A stretch of DNA of 64,000 nt from the NCBI RefSeq assembly GCF_001194135.2, contig NC_069002.1:33454759-33518758 (forward strand), given 5' to 3'. This document shows positions 11,247-25,542 of the stretch, piece after piece. Below the pieces are notes generated by a model. The model was not told the DNA's origin. It made no database searches and saw only the letters and a list, made by a program, of their open reading frames with translations. Numbering within the stretch: the stretch's first letter is position 1; each line of letters begins with the position of its first letter. The translations under genes were made by a program, and so were the position numbers. This DNA is from Octopus bimaculoides (Eukaryota).

Positions 11247-12519
11247 TTATTATTATCTTTGTTGTTGTTATGGTTATTATTATTACTTTTATTATTATTA
11301 AAACAGTTTGATTGTGTGTATACTAAAGAATTGTCCTTCCAAATGTCTACGGCAAGATGCCATTCAAACTGAATGAGTCAAGCTACGGTTCTAGAAGTCA
11401 CTTGCCCCATTGCTACTCATATATGTCGAAGCAGTCACATCGTCTTTGCTTAGGTTAATTTCTTAGTCACATACATGGACGTAGGCCCATGTTTTTTGAC
11501 ATGACATTTATTGTATTAGTATTATATATTCCAAATATTAATGTCCTATACAAGCCGTGGATTTTGTTTGCAGATACCACATATAGCCGGTAAAAGCGGA
11601 AATTAAACTATGCACCGCAATGTAACGTGTTCTGAATGCCTGGATCATTTACAACCTAATAGTAGAAAAATATAACAGAAATATTAAAGAGACACTCTTT
11701 CAGAATTATTAACTTTGTGAAGCGAAATTGCAACTCTATCTGCTACTAAGTTACAGTGAATATTAATTTGAATAGTGGATTGACAGAATAACTTAGGTGT
11801 CTCTATCAGAATGACTTCTAATATAAAATAGTCTTTCCTGACATTCGGAACTTACTGAATTAAACATTGATTTTCAATGACTTGTTAACGAACAAGAAAT
11901 TGGTTGATCGATTGCGGCATTCTTTGAAAATATTATGTCGGTGCAGTGTACAAGGTAGATGACAATTCGACTTGAAATCTTTAGCGTTTTTTTCTTTTAA
12001 TCAATAAGGTGCACAGACTCCGATGTCTATGTTATATCCACTCTTTCCAGGATAATGAAAATAGTGTCCCGGTTTAATACTTAATTCGAAATGTACGATT
12101 ATATCGATTACATTGGATACGCTTTAGTGATTTTACTGTTGTTTATTCACTTTTACTCTTTCCGCTCTCTCAATATGATAATCTCCTGGTGATTTACCTG
12201 AAATGTCTTCGATGCCATATATCGTATTCCTGAAGCGTATTGAGGATGCTACAACGAACGTCTTTCCGATTAAATGCGAATTTTCCAACTGCCTTTCCAT
12301 TTTTACTCGAAACAACTCTTGATGTTGTCGATTCTTGGCTTGCCTCTTGATTTGCTTCCCATTACTTCACCTCATAAAATGTGCCATGCGATTGTCTTGG
12401 CTTTTTCAAAGGAGTCTTCAAAGTTGGTCTCTGATTATCTTATTTAGGGTACTCTAGTTTGAACCTTACTTCCAGATAGACACACGTGTGTTCCCTACCT
12501 TTTTGTACCCAATCGGAAC

Positions 12520-13277
12520 AAGATTTCTGTTGAGTTTCAATAAATCTCCTGGGTAACGTGCGGATATTCAAGTCCCCACATCCAACGTTATGCCTATTGA
12601 CTTTACCGTTCAAGTGAAATATTGCCTCATCACCGAAAATGACTTTTGACAGCAAGTTATCATTCACCATCATCATCGTTTAACGTCTATCTTCCATATT
12701 AGCATGGTAGGGGGACTCTTTTATAATTGCTTGATATTCTCACAAATTTCAAATCGTATTCCATTATCTTTCGGATGGAGTTCTGGACTAATTGCAGTTT
12801 GTAAGGGTGAAACTTTAGGTGTTTGTGCAGGATCTTGCAAACTGTTCTTTTGGGGAGGTGTAACTCTCGGCGAGTTCTTCATATTGACTTTTTAGGGCTC
12901 TGGACGAATTTTCTTCAAACTCGATCAATAAATTTCTCTGAGACTGCTGGTCAGCCAGAATGTCCCTTTCGCTGATCACAGATACACACTTCTGAACTAA
13001 AATCATCGTACCAATTCCGAATGGAGAGTGTGTGGGTGGAAGTATATGATACTTGAGTCTCAAAACACGTTGACGGCCACAACACTCATCTTGCAAATTT
13101 CAGGGCACACCAGCTGCGTTGCTGTGGGGTTGCGCCATTTTTAGATTCCCTTTAATCCCTGCGCTGTTTCAGGACAAACATCTAAGAAAAAACAAAAAGA
13201 AATGTTGTTAAAAAATCGATTCACAACATGTTTATCAATATATTTGAAGAATTAGTTTGAATATCATACAACCTGTA
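12520..13277 (-). mobile_element. Tc1/mariner-superfamily transposon remnant (5' TIR, N-terminal HTH, first catalytic D)
   Basis: Minus: TA-CAGGTTGTATG terminus at 13277; MA-TPQQRSWCALKFAR; NLLSKVIFGDEAIFHLNGKVNRHNV. Truncated at about 12520. Confidence 0.85.
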
Positions 13278-16200
13278 TATTTATATTCTAATTTAATAAA
13301 GCTGAAACGATAAAAAAAAAAAAACGAAGTCGGCTGTTGTCAACGGAGTTTTGAACTCAAAACTAAAACGTCGAAATATAATGGCAAAGTATTTCTTCCA
13401 ATATAAAAGAAAAACAAAAACATTAATATTTTGTTGCTTTGTCATAATACTTGTCAAGACATATTGAGCGTGTGAATTGGAATTTGACGTATTCATTGCA
13501 ATAACATATACTAATTACACTAAATGTTTACGATACCCACCGTAGGAAAACGATTAATTTCCGCATAACGTTAAGATATCGAAAACCAAAGACGACAATC
13601 ACTTTAAGAAATAAGTGCGTTAGTATCCATGCCAATGTTAGCGTCATATCTCCCGTACACACAAGCACAAGCATACACAGGCATTCATATATAGACAATA
13701 TAGACGCATTTTTTTCATCATTTCAAAATGCTCGTTTTATTGGCAACAGGTTGCATGACGTACCAATACTTGAATATTGCAAATAAACTATTTTAATTAA
13801 TTTAGAATGCAGTTTCTCTCTTATATATAAAAAAAAAACACTTTCGTCCACGTTAGCGCTTGACATATTTTTCTGCTTTAATCTAAGTTAGAATATTGAA
13901 TACAGAGGTCATCCTTGTATGTGTGTATGTATGTCTCTCCATTCGTTAATTTTCCGTGTTTTTATACATTTCCCTCAGTTTACCTTTTTTTCCATCGCCC
14001 TTGATAGATAAGTAGATATATATATATAAATTCGGGTGTGGGTATATATATATGTGTATGTATATATATATATATATGTGTGTGTGTATATATACATATT
14101 TGTGTGAGTGAGAGAGAAATAGAGGCATATAGGTTGCTAGGATGAGCTGCTATATTGTAATAATTGGTCATGTGATAAAAATATGTGTATATATTTCATT
14201 CAAATTTCTTATTAAATTGCATGTCAGCTAGTGTTTAATCATATTTTTCCACACCCGCTCCATAATTATATATATGATGATATGGAATATATAAGTGGGT
14301 GTATATTTCTCCCAATTTGTCTCTGAAATGAACATTTTTCTACATTTTAGTATATTTGTACAGGTTCCTTGCAGTTTCGTTCTAATAGTAAAATATAACA
14401 ACACAACCAAAAACATTTACATTGAACATGAATGATTTTCCAATGCGACTAACGAGTTATCAATAACTTCCTCGTTTTATATATATCCTGCTGTGTTGAC
14501 TCATTACACTTCAATCTCCACTACAAAACACCCGTTTTGCAACTTCCACATATACCTGGAAAATGTTGGGACATACTTTCTCACTTTTCGTACATATATA
14601 TTTATAATGAAAGCGGTGGAGAGGCAGAAGGGACGCCGTCGGAAATAAAGTGTTTTAATGTGTTTAAAAGTTTTTCTAAAATAAATTTATTTCATTCTCG
14701 ATTTTCTTGTTGATATCTCATTGGCAGTTACTTTGACATTGCGTAGGATAACTTCAAGGGAGTCTAAACATCTCTTTCGACACACTGCGAATTGCAGGTA
14801 TTGTACTAGAAAAATCATGTAAATCCAGGAACATGAATGCAAAGGAAATTCGTGTGGGAACATTGGCATCTCGGCTTATAATTAATTCATTATCACCGTG
14901 TGCACAATAATTCCTTACGGGATTTGAAATCATATAGAATCAGAAAATAAGGTAGAAGCAATAATCCTGAACAGAATATCCCATTTTTAAAAAACGGAAA
15001 TATTTATTCTATAGTGATGGTCATATGAACCGTTATAACACTTTGTTCTAAACAGAATCGATTAATAATTTACAATGAAATAAAATAGACGTATCAAAAA
15101 AATAATAGACAACAGAAGACTAATAATTAATGTCAATAATTAAAAATTAAAACTAGAAAACATGAAAACCAGGAGATATTCGTTTGTGATAATGAGTCTC
15201 CACTTGTAATATATAGGAAGAGATAACAACAACAACGGGAAGAACATTAACAATATAAATATAATACGTAATTTCATATATTCATATGCGTATGTGATGT
15301 GTGTAGGTAATGTACATAGATATACTGGTTTATATATATTTCTATATAAGTGGTATTACACACACACACACATATATATATATGTAAGTAAGTATATATG
15401 TGTACACACATATATATGCATATATCTATATATATCTTTATAAACATATAGTGATATAGATGTGTTTATATTTATGGCTCACATTATGTATATTTTAAAA
15501 TATATACATTTACATAAATTTGCATACACATGCACACGAAAAATACACATATAAATACACACATTAATACATATGTATATATAAAGATAAGCATGCATAT
15601 CTACACACACACACATATACATACACACACATACATACACATACATACATACATGAATAATATCCCTCTGAATATACATGAAAATACATAGATAGAAAAT
15701 AGGCACACACAGAAAGAAAATGAGATTTAGCGAGTGAGATAATGATTAAGACACAGAGAAACGAAGAGAGAGCGAGAGGAGAGGAGAGGAGAGAATGAAT
15801 GAGACAAGGAATCGTATAGAATATTTTCCCATTTATTCATGTTCATTCGAAATAAAATACTGTTTTTGTTTTAAATTTTACAACACAAAAGAAAAAGAAC
15901 AAATTTCATGAAAAAAAAATACCCTCGTATTTTTTTTTAGTAGTACCATTTAAAGGAAGGGATGTTTAAATATCAATGTATCGGTGTTGTGTTTATTATT
16001 ATTATTATTTAAAATTTTTATCATGATGATGATCATCATCGTCCTTTTCTTATTGATTATTTTTTTAAATGAAAATTGCTATGAACGTCGTTTTTGTTTC
16101 TGTCGTTGTTTATGCCATTTTTAGTGATGATGTTGTTTTAGTAATTACCGTTAATATTTATTAGCATTAATATTATATTATTGTTATAATAATAATAATA

Positions 16201-16854
16201 ACAATAATTATAAGAAGAAAAAGAAAAACTACAACGATAATAGCAATAACAATGATAATAATAATAATTATTATAATAAAAGAAATCGTTATCAACATCA
16301 TCATGATAATTATTACTAGTGTTGTTATTAATATTATTATTAATATTCTGTTCATTATCGCCATCACCATCATCATCAGTGTGTTGTTAGACATAAAATA
16401 TCATGGCAATCGATACATTGTGCAGTCAATTTCCTTGCCAATTTCGTCTTAATTGTTTTCTTTGGAATTTCAAATATTTTAAAATTACATTTCAATCATT
16501 TATCTATAAAAATTATTCTAATTCTTTTGATATTTAAAGATATTCGTACTGATACCACCCACTCTGTCTTCACTCCACCCCACACACCCAATTCTATCTC
16601 TTTAACTCACACTCGATATCCTTAATTTCTGTCACTCTCTCTCTCTCGTTCTATCTCGGCCTTAGTGTTTCTCTATATTTCTCTCTCTCACATTCTTTCT
16701 CTGTCTTTTCTTCTATTTTCTATCTTTTAATTCTGATATAATCATCTTGATTGGTATTGTTGGAGTCATATTTATCATTATGTTGCTCATGTTTCGATTA
16801 GAACTAATTGAGGGAAATGTTACCACGAACCCACCTCGTCAACGTCAGCAACAA

Positions 16855-17400
16855 TATATATATATACTTACACACACACATATATATATATATACAAACT
16901 TACATATATATATACTTACATATAGATATATATATATACTTACACACACACATATATATATATATACAAACTTACATATATATATACTTACATATAGACA
17001 TATATATATACTTACATATAGATATATATATATACTTACATATATATATATATATATACTTACATATATATATACTTACATATATATATACTTACATATA
17101 TATATATATATATACTTACATATATATATACTTACATATAGATATATATATATACTTACACATATATACTTACATATATATATATATATACTTACATATA
17201 TATATATATNNNNNNNNNNNNNNNNNNNNNNNNNNNNNNNNNNNNNNNNNNNNNNNNNNNNNNNNNNNNNNNNNNNNNNNNNNNNNNNNNNNNNNNNNNN
17301 NNNNNNNNNCATATAGATATATATATACTTACATATAGATATATATACACTTACATAGAGATACATATATACACTTACATAGAGATACATATACACTTAT
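16855..17400. repeat. (TA)n-derived minisatellite punctuated by ACTTAC
   Basis: 19 visible acttac units separated by variable (ta)n, with a higher-order duplication of about 72 bp at the left end. Spans a 100-N gap. Confidence 0.95.
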
Positions 17401-17659
17401 ATATATATATATTTCATATCATATTGTTTACTTTTTAAGTGAATAGATTACGGTCATGCTAGTACACCGATATAAAAAGGATTTTAGTCAAACTAATCAA
17501 ACCAAGTTTTTATATATGTGCGTATGTCTGTGTGTACCTATTAAAGTGGACATAGACATAAGATAACAGAACACCGAGATAAGTGAGTGAAGAACAAATA
17601 TGTAGTGCATGTGTATATTTGATAAAAAAAATAACCGTCCCAAAATATGATAATGTGTG

Positions 17660-18000
17660 CTGAGACACCTTTCGGTCATGACTGGCCATGGGATTGAACC
17701 TAGAAAGTTACCCTCTCAGGCACAAGTCCGGGCAAGTATGTTTATGGAAGACCAGCAGTCGCCCAAGAATACTGGCCTCCCTTCTCCATGCCACCAATGT
17801 TATCCAAGGCAAAGGCAAAGGGCCGATATAACTTGGCAGCTGTGACGTCGCAACTTATTTCTACAGCTGAGTGAACTGGAGCAACGTGAAATAAAGTGTC
17901 TTGCTCAAGAACAAAGCATGCAGCCCGGTCCGGGATTCGAACTCAGAACCGCACGGTCGCAAGTTCGACGCTCTAACCACCACTGAGCAATGCGCCTTCA
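17660..18000 (-). mobile_element. tRNA-derived SINE, family B
   Basis: Minus: tgaaggcgcattgctcagtggtggttagagcgtcg...gagttcgaatcccggaccgg...tgttcttgagcaagacactttatttcacgttgctccagttcactcagctg. Confidence 0.88.
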
Positions 18001-18369
18001 CGACTAATATATACATATATATATATAAGTGTGTGTATATATATGTATAGTTAATAGAATTATGGGAGGTAATTGGTTAAATTGCAAAATCTTTGATCAG
18101 ATCTTCACAATGGTACTAGGAACACATCGATATTATATTTCCGATCATATAAACCACATGGAATATTATTTTAGGAAGTTAAAATTCAAACCCAAGACCA
18201 GGGCGGCATTAAGACCTTAGCATTTAATAGATTTTTGATACCCCCTTATATATATAATTCAAAATATAAACAATTAATATACCATAACATGTTTTTCTGT
18301 CACTGCTTATTTATATGTTTCTTTACTTATATTGGGTGCCCTGTTAATTTTTGTGGAAAATACAATAAT

Positions 18370-19022
18370 TAAATCTGCCACAGCATCAAATCAATAATAA
18401 AGATAGATTTAAATATCTCATGTTTAAGTTGTTTCTCAGGTGTTGGTTTGATGGCCTAATAGGTAAAGGTGTTAGTAATTTAACTAATAACCTTGTATTA
18501 AGGTACAGGTTTCAATATCTATCTAGAAATATATTTTTTAATATTTTTGTATAAACAAAAAATATAAAGGCTGTGACCTTCTTTCCTCATCCTGACTAGG
18601 ATTGAACCCTGCACAGGACAGTTCAGAATGCGCCCCCCCTTACCCAGTTCATCTACACTTACCTTTACTTACTAGTCTACCGGGTCCGCCCACTAATTGC
18701 TGTCAAAAATGAGATACTTAAATCTATAATAGTGTCCAATCAATAATAAAAAGATTTAAATATCTGACGTTTAATCTGTTATTTAGGTGTTAGTTTGACG
18801 GCCTAATAAGTAAAGGTGTTACCAATTTAACTAATAACCTTCTATGAAGGTAGAGGTTTCAATATCTATCTAGGTATGTGTTTTTTTTTAATACTTTTGT
18901 ATAAGTGATAAAAAAAAAAGACTAACCTTCTTCCCCCATCCTGACCAGGCGTGAACCCAGGGCAGGACAGGATAGTTTTGAATGTCCTCATCTACACTCA
19001 CGTTTACTCACCAGTCTACCGA
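18370..19022. repeat. Tandem duplication of a ~345-bp unit (18370-18685 and 18720-19022)
   Basis: Shared aatcaataataaa..agatttaaatatct, ggcctaata.gtaaaggtgtta, aatttaactaataacctt, ggtttcaatatctatctag, ccttctt.cc.catcctgac and agtctaccg at 340-350 bp offset. Confidence 0.92.
18445..18529 (+). pseudogene. Class II (Ser/Leu-like) tRNA-like sequence, decayed; second copy at 18792-18875
   Basis: D arm gcc-taataggtaaa-ggt, anticodon-like stem ttagt/actaa, long variable hairpin acctt-gtatt-aaggt, B-box-like ggtttcaat. Acceptor stem is poor and the anticodon loop has 6 nt. Confidence 0.4.
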
Positions 19023-19844
19023 TGGATGACAAATGTTGGATGAATTAGCGATTGCTCCATGCATACAATATCGCTGATGTTCAATGTTTATTCGTCCGTA
19101 TAACAGAGCAGTGTACAGGAAGGACGGGCAATATTAGTGCGCTACCTTCCTTATATTGCTCCACAAGTATGCTTTCAGAGTTAACATACAACTATTAACA
19201 TCTCTAAACATTTTCACCACCGACTAGATACACTCCGTGCACAGACATACACACTTAAATATAAAGTCATACATGTACGCATACATCTATACACACAAAG
19301 GAATACATAAAAGTATTTCAGCAAATAGAATACAATATTACTACATTTAAATATCTAAAAAAGAATTCATTTAAAATATGTTTATTCCTGGATTCTTTAC
19401 AAGATGAGAAAGTCTTTGGCCCAAATATTCGTGATTTCGCAAGAAAATATATAGCGGTATATACGAAAAAACAAACAAACCAAAAACAAGCCAAAAGTAT
19501 AGAACACAATATCCTTGATGTTATTATGGAGCAAATTGTTCACATCGATTCTTGGTCTATAGAATTAACGTTTTCTTTAAAAAAAAAATAGAATAATACA
19601 TTTTATTTTATATTCCTTCCACAAAGTGGTCTACATATTATTGTTAATCTATTCAGGGAAAAGAACCAGTACTTTTTTGAATGAGGGTTTCTTCTTCCTT
19701 TTCCTTAAACAACATTTACTGAAAAGAAATGCACACATAAATATATTATATATATATATATATATGCATACAACTATATAAGTATACATACATTTAAATG
19801 CATATATACATATATATATACACATATATATACATTTATATTCA

Positions 19845-19882
<38 letters not shown>

Positions 19883-20348
19883 CACAAGTATATATACATA
19901 AATATATATATGTACACACATGTATATATATATATATACCTGTGTACACCTACCTACCTACATATATATATGTATGTACACATACATGCATATATATATA
20001 TATATACATACATATCTGTATATAGTTATATGGTTATGAATGTATGTATGTATGTAAACAAATCTTAAAGAATGGGTAACATATTTTGTTAGTAAAGTCA
20101 TTCCCATGAATTATTTGGCAGCAGAATTTCATCTGAAGAGAGTCCTTTAACACAAATATCTCGTAAACGAACTTTGGACGTGTAAAGTAGAGTGAAGTAT
20201 ATGCATCAAGTCAAAACCTCGGATCTCATATTTGCAAAACAATTCGGATTTCTACATATATATGTGTGTGCATGCGTGTGTATCTATCTATCTATACATA
20301 TATACACACACACATAGATATATGTATATATATTCTTTATAAATATAA

Positions 20349-20412
<64 letters not shown>

Positions 20413-21497
20413 ATGTATACCCATGTATACCCATGTATATGTGTGTGTGTGTGTGTGTGTCTATATTGAATCAGATGCGTATTTATATATTATACACACA
20501 TGCATGCATATTTATGGAGATCTGATACACACACACGCATATATATATATATATATATGTGAAATACAGATACTAGCAGCAGGAGCAGAATTAGTAATAC
20601 GATTTTTAGTAGTAATAATAGTAGTAGTAGTAAGAGAGATTGATTATTATAATGCTGCACCCTTCCATTTAATGTTTCAAAGTAATTAACTTTTTTCCTT
20701 TGAAGTTAATATCCAATATTTGTGAACAGGGAGAATAAAAAAAGGGGAATTCATTCGCACATATATACACACACATTCGTGTTTATGAACAGAAGCTCGT
20801 ATTCTGTCTACATACATATCCATACATACAAACATATGCATATATTATATATATATAACATATATATTATATATATATATTCATATATTATACATATGAG
20901 AATCAGTTTATATGCCCTTGTATGTATTCACGCATATGTGCCTATATATAAGCATATATCATATACAGACACATATTGGTTATATAGATAGAAGTGCAGA
21001 CACACACACATGCGCATACACACACATATATATATATATATATCAATACGTATTTGTATACTTCAAAGATAAGGGAGCTAAAAGAGAGGGTAAGAGATCG
21101 GTGTGTGTATAAAGTGAAAGATAACTAGATGTTGATCAATAGATTGCAATGTATGCGTGTATATACATAGAAGTCGCCGTGGAGGAATTTTGTGAGTGGA
21201 ATCTTGAAACGAAAGCATCGCAGATCTGCATTCCACATATGTAGATATATATGCATACATGTAGACAAACATAGATATAGGAGTCGATACATATATACAC
21301 GCATATAGACTTAATCGAGACCATGCACATGCTCGAGCACGGACATACATATATTTCATTGTTGTATATACGTATAAACGTAAACACGTAGATCTATGCG
21401 TTTATGCGTAAAAGTAGATATATACCTCAGAGTGTATATTTGTAGTTCTATATGTATGTACGTATCAATCTCTCTACCTATTGATCTAGGCGTATAA

Positions 21498-21538
<41 letters not shown>

Positions 21539-21778
21539 TTCATACATACATATATACAAACCAGTGAGTGCAAGTGCACTACCATTCGTGTGAGTGCGTG
21601 AGAAAGATTTGAGATGAAAATCTAGTGATATGGTGTGGGCTCTTTAAACATCTATATATATATATATGTATAGATATATATATATATATATAGATATATA
21701 TATATAGATATATATATAGAGAGAGAGAGAGAGATAAACATATACACACGCATGTATATACATAAACATCATTTGTGT

Positions 21779-21825
<47 letters not shown>

Positions 21826-22943
21826 TTATATACAAATATCTACAAACCTAATACACATATATGTATGTACATACGCGTGTGAGTGCATGTTTGTGTGTAT
21901 GATATATGTATGTACGTATACAAACGTTTATGTATGTCTGTATGCATGTATTAATCTAGTCTTTCCATAGGTTAAAATATCACTAAGCAGAATTTCATGC
22001 CACAGAATTGATAGCGAGCGTTGATCGAACGCTACAATTTTATTATACTAACCGGTGACTGCTCATTGTTCTGAGTAATATATATATATATATATATACA
22101 GAGCTGCCTATGTGCATGTGTATCTCTCTTTTTCTCTACCTACACAAGCATGCACATGCACACACACACCCACATATATATATATCCATGTATTTATGCA
22201 TCTACCCATCCATCGACCCACACCACACATGCATATATTCACATATAGTGTATTTGCATTTATGCATAGATAACGTATAATGTATATGAATTATACATAT
22301 ATATGCTTATATATGTATATATAAACAAAATCATATATATATATATACGCATATATACATACATATATATAAGTATATATACATACATATATCGACATAC
22401 TGACAGACACACATGTGCGCGTGTGCATACGTATATATATACCTATACTTCCGTATGAAAGTAGAAGCACCGAGAAAGAAAGAGGGGACGAGGTAAAGAG
22501 GAGGATGTGAAAAGACAGGAAGGAAGTGAGAGTTGCAATATAGATAAAGCTACTTTTCCATATGTTCAATTATTAATGATATAATGCAGGAATGGAAAAT
22601 GGTGGCTCCTGATTCGTGATTTCTTTCCTGAAACCTAAATATTCGTTTAAAGTTAGTATATTATCCAAAATGCTTTGCATACTTGAAAAATAAGTATTTC
22701 ATATTCTTCATGTCTACATATTGAAGAGGATTATTTCGTGATGGTGATGAAAAGCCGTTGCTTCCAATACAATGTGTATCAGTGAGTACTGAGTTTGTGT
22801 GTATGCAAGGTTATGCATGCATACATGCATACAAATACACATGTGTGTTCGTGTGTTTATGTGTTTATATATGCATCTATCTCTATGCATTTAGAATTTA
22901 AACACACGCACTCTCACACAGGGCCACATTCACACAAACACAC

Positions 22944-23052
22944 AGAGAGAGCGAGAGAGAGAGAAAGAGAGAAAGAGAGAGCGAGAGAGAGAGAAAGAGA
23001 AAGAGAGAGAAAGAGAGAGAGAGAGAAAGAGAAAGAGAGAGAGAGAGAGAGA

Positions 23053-23120
<68 letters not shown>

Positions 23121-23361
23121 AAGNNNNNNNNNNNNNNNNNNNNNNNNNNNNNNNNNNNNNNNNNNNNNNNNNNNNNNNNNNNNNNNNNNNNNNNNNNNNN
23201 NNNNNNNNNNNNNNNNNNNNNNNNNNNNNNNNNNNNNNNNNNNNNNNNNNNNNNNNNNNNNNNNNNNNNNNNNNNNNNNNNNNNNNNNNNNNNNNNNNNN
23301 NNNNNNNNNNNNNNNNNNNNNNAGAGAGAGAGAGAGAGAGACAGAGACAAAGACAAAGACA

Positions 23362-23411
<50 letters not shown>

Positions 23412-23445
23412 GAAAGAGAGAGAGAGAGAAAAAGAGAGAGAGACT
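22944..23445. repeat. (GA)n/(GAAA) purine tract spanning an N-gap
   Basis: Direct reading. Explains the RERE and LSLS ORFs. Confidence 0.97.
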
Positions 23446-23846
23446 CACATAAGGTAATGCATATTTATACAAGAAAAGGTACAGTGAGATACACATAGAC
23501 AGACTGGCAAGGTGATTGATATATTTATGTGTGTGTGCGTGCGTGTATATATATACACACATACACATAAGGTAATGCATATTTATAGAGGAAAATGTAC
23601 AGAGAGATACACATAGAAAAATGGGTAGAATGGACTTCTGTGTAATTTTCGTCTATCTGATAAGGTTTATCTGAGACTATGGAAACAGTGCACCTCCCCA
23701 AAATGCAGGGTAATATGACAGGACTTACTCACTTGTAGCTGCAGAAAGGACTTCTTCAAGATTTGGACAGAGTGTGCCTACTACTGAATCTACAATATGT
23801 CTATCTATCTACACACACAGATATATATGTGTGTGCATACATGCGT

Positions 23847-24238
23847 GAGGAGGCGAATTGGCCTAGTGGTTAGGGCAGCGGACTCGCGGTCATAGGATCG
23901 CGGTTTCGATTCCCAGACCAGGCATTGTGAGTGTTTATTGAGCGAAAACACCTAAAGCTACACGAGGCTCCGGCAGGGGATGGTGGCGAACCCTGCTCTA
24001 CTCTTTCACCACAGCTTTCTCTCACTCTTACTTCCTGTTTCTGTTGTGCCTGTAATTCAAAGGGGCCAACCTTGTCACACTGTGCCATGCTGAATCTTCC
24101 TGAGAACTACGTTAAGGGTACACGTGTCTGTGGAGTGCTCAGCCACTTGCACGTTAATTTCACGAGCAGGCTGTTCCATTGATCGGATCAACTGGGACCC
24201 TCAACGTCGTAAGTGACGGAGTGCCAACAACAACAACA
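23847..24238 (+). mobile_element. Full-length SINE family A with 10-bp TSD
   Basis: tRNA head, body and (CAA)n tail. atacatgcgt flanks it at 23837-23846 and 24239-24248. Confidence 0.95.
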
Positions 24239-24834
24239 ATACATGCGTATCATATCCCGTGTTCTAGTGTTACTCATTTGACCATCTTAACTAATGGAAG
24301 GTAACAAAAACGTAATTGATATATCAGACTTTAACTGAAACTGGTATATTGATCTACAAGTTGCTATATCTGAATAGAAAGAACTTTCATAAATACTGTG
24401 GCTTCTCTGAGCTCTGCTATTAAAATAGTAATTGGTAATTGTTCCAATGCAATCCCAAATAAATTTGCAACATTAAAGAGATTGGCATTAGTTACGGATT
24501 ATTATTTATTTATTAATTGTATAATTATAATCAATTGATTGTCTGTGAATGATCAAAAGTATTTCTCTGTCGTCTGATGGTGCTGTTTAATGCTGTAATG
24601 TATTAATTTTATGTACGAATTCTAATCCTGTTGAGAATAACTTCACCTTCTCTCCATCCATGAATGACTAAATAAGGTACACATGAAATATTGGTGTGCA
24701 TTACAACCACTCAACCCTATCGTCCGGTGTGAGATCTTGTATCCTTGTTAGAAATCGTCAAAGCTGTTTTATAGTAATTTTCTTTATAAATTTTGGCGCA
24801 GGGGCATCAATTTTAATGGTAAAGTGTAAGTTCA

Positions 24835-24940
24835 TTATACCGATCCGAGTACTTGATGGACACTACATTTTACGCACCCTGTACGGATGAAAAGTAATGA
24901 TTACGCTGGCGTGACATGAACTCAACGCGTTACGATTCGG
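24835..24940 (-). mobile_element. Highly decayed family C SINE fragment
   Basis: cggatgaaaag..tgacatgaactcaacgcgtta parallels aggatgaaagg..ggaatttgaactcagaacgta. Confidence 0.5.
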
Positions 24941-25158
24941 GAGATATGTGGCTAAACATATCCGATGCGCTAACAGTTCTGTCGAATTGCGGCCTTAATA
25001 ATTATTTTGTTGTAATACAGGCACAAGTTTATCAGGACTGAAAACCCTACCTGACGTATTAATTGATACATTGTGATCTTTTTGATATTGATGATATGAA
25101 ATACTTGTCCCCACGAAATCATGGTTGGTCTGTTAAAACAAGTTATAATGTAGTATAT

Positions 25159-25542
25159 GGTTGGCACTCCGTCGGTTACGACGATGAGGGTTCCAGTGGA
25201 TCCGATCAGCGAAACAGCCTGCTCGTGAAATTAACGTGCAAGTGGCTGAGCTCTCCACAGACACGTGTACCATTAACGTAGTTCGCGGGGATATTCAGCG
25301 TGACACAGTGTATGAGAAGGTTGGCCTTTTGAGATACAGATACAACATAAACAGCAAGAAAGAGTGAAAGAAAGTTGTGGTTAAAGAGTACAGCAGGGTT
25401 CGTTACCATCCCCTGCCGGAGCCTTGTGGAACTTTAGGTGTTTTCGCTCAATAAACACTCACAACGCCTGGTCTGGGAATCGAAACTACGATCCTACGAC
25501 CGCGAGTCCGTTGCCCTAACCACTGAGCCATTGCGCCTCCAC
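25159..25542 (-). mobile_element. Full-length SINE family A with 12-bp imperfect TSD
   Basis: Reverse complement of 23847-24238 along its whole length. Flanks are aatgtagtatat (25147-25158) and aatgaagtatat (25543-25554). Confidence 0.95.

Noticed and set aside
14727-14796. 70-nt exon candidate (ggcAG...GCAG|GTATTG)
   Set aside because: No recognisable peptide and only moderate splice signals; expected by chance in 64 kb.
19320-19590. About 90 open codons on + (…SLQDEKVFGPNIRDFARKYIAVY…)
   Set aside because: No family recognised, AT-rich with low-complexity stretches, and no good donor.
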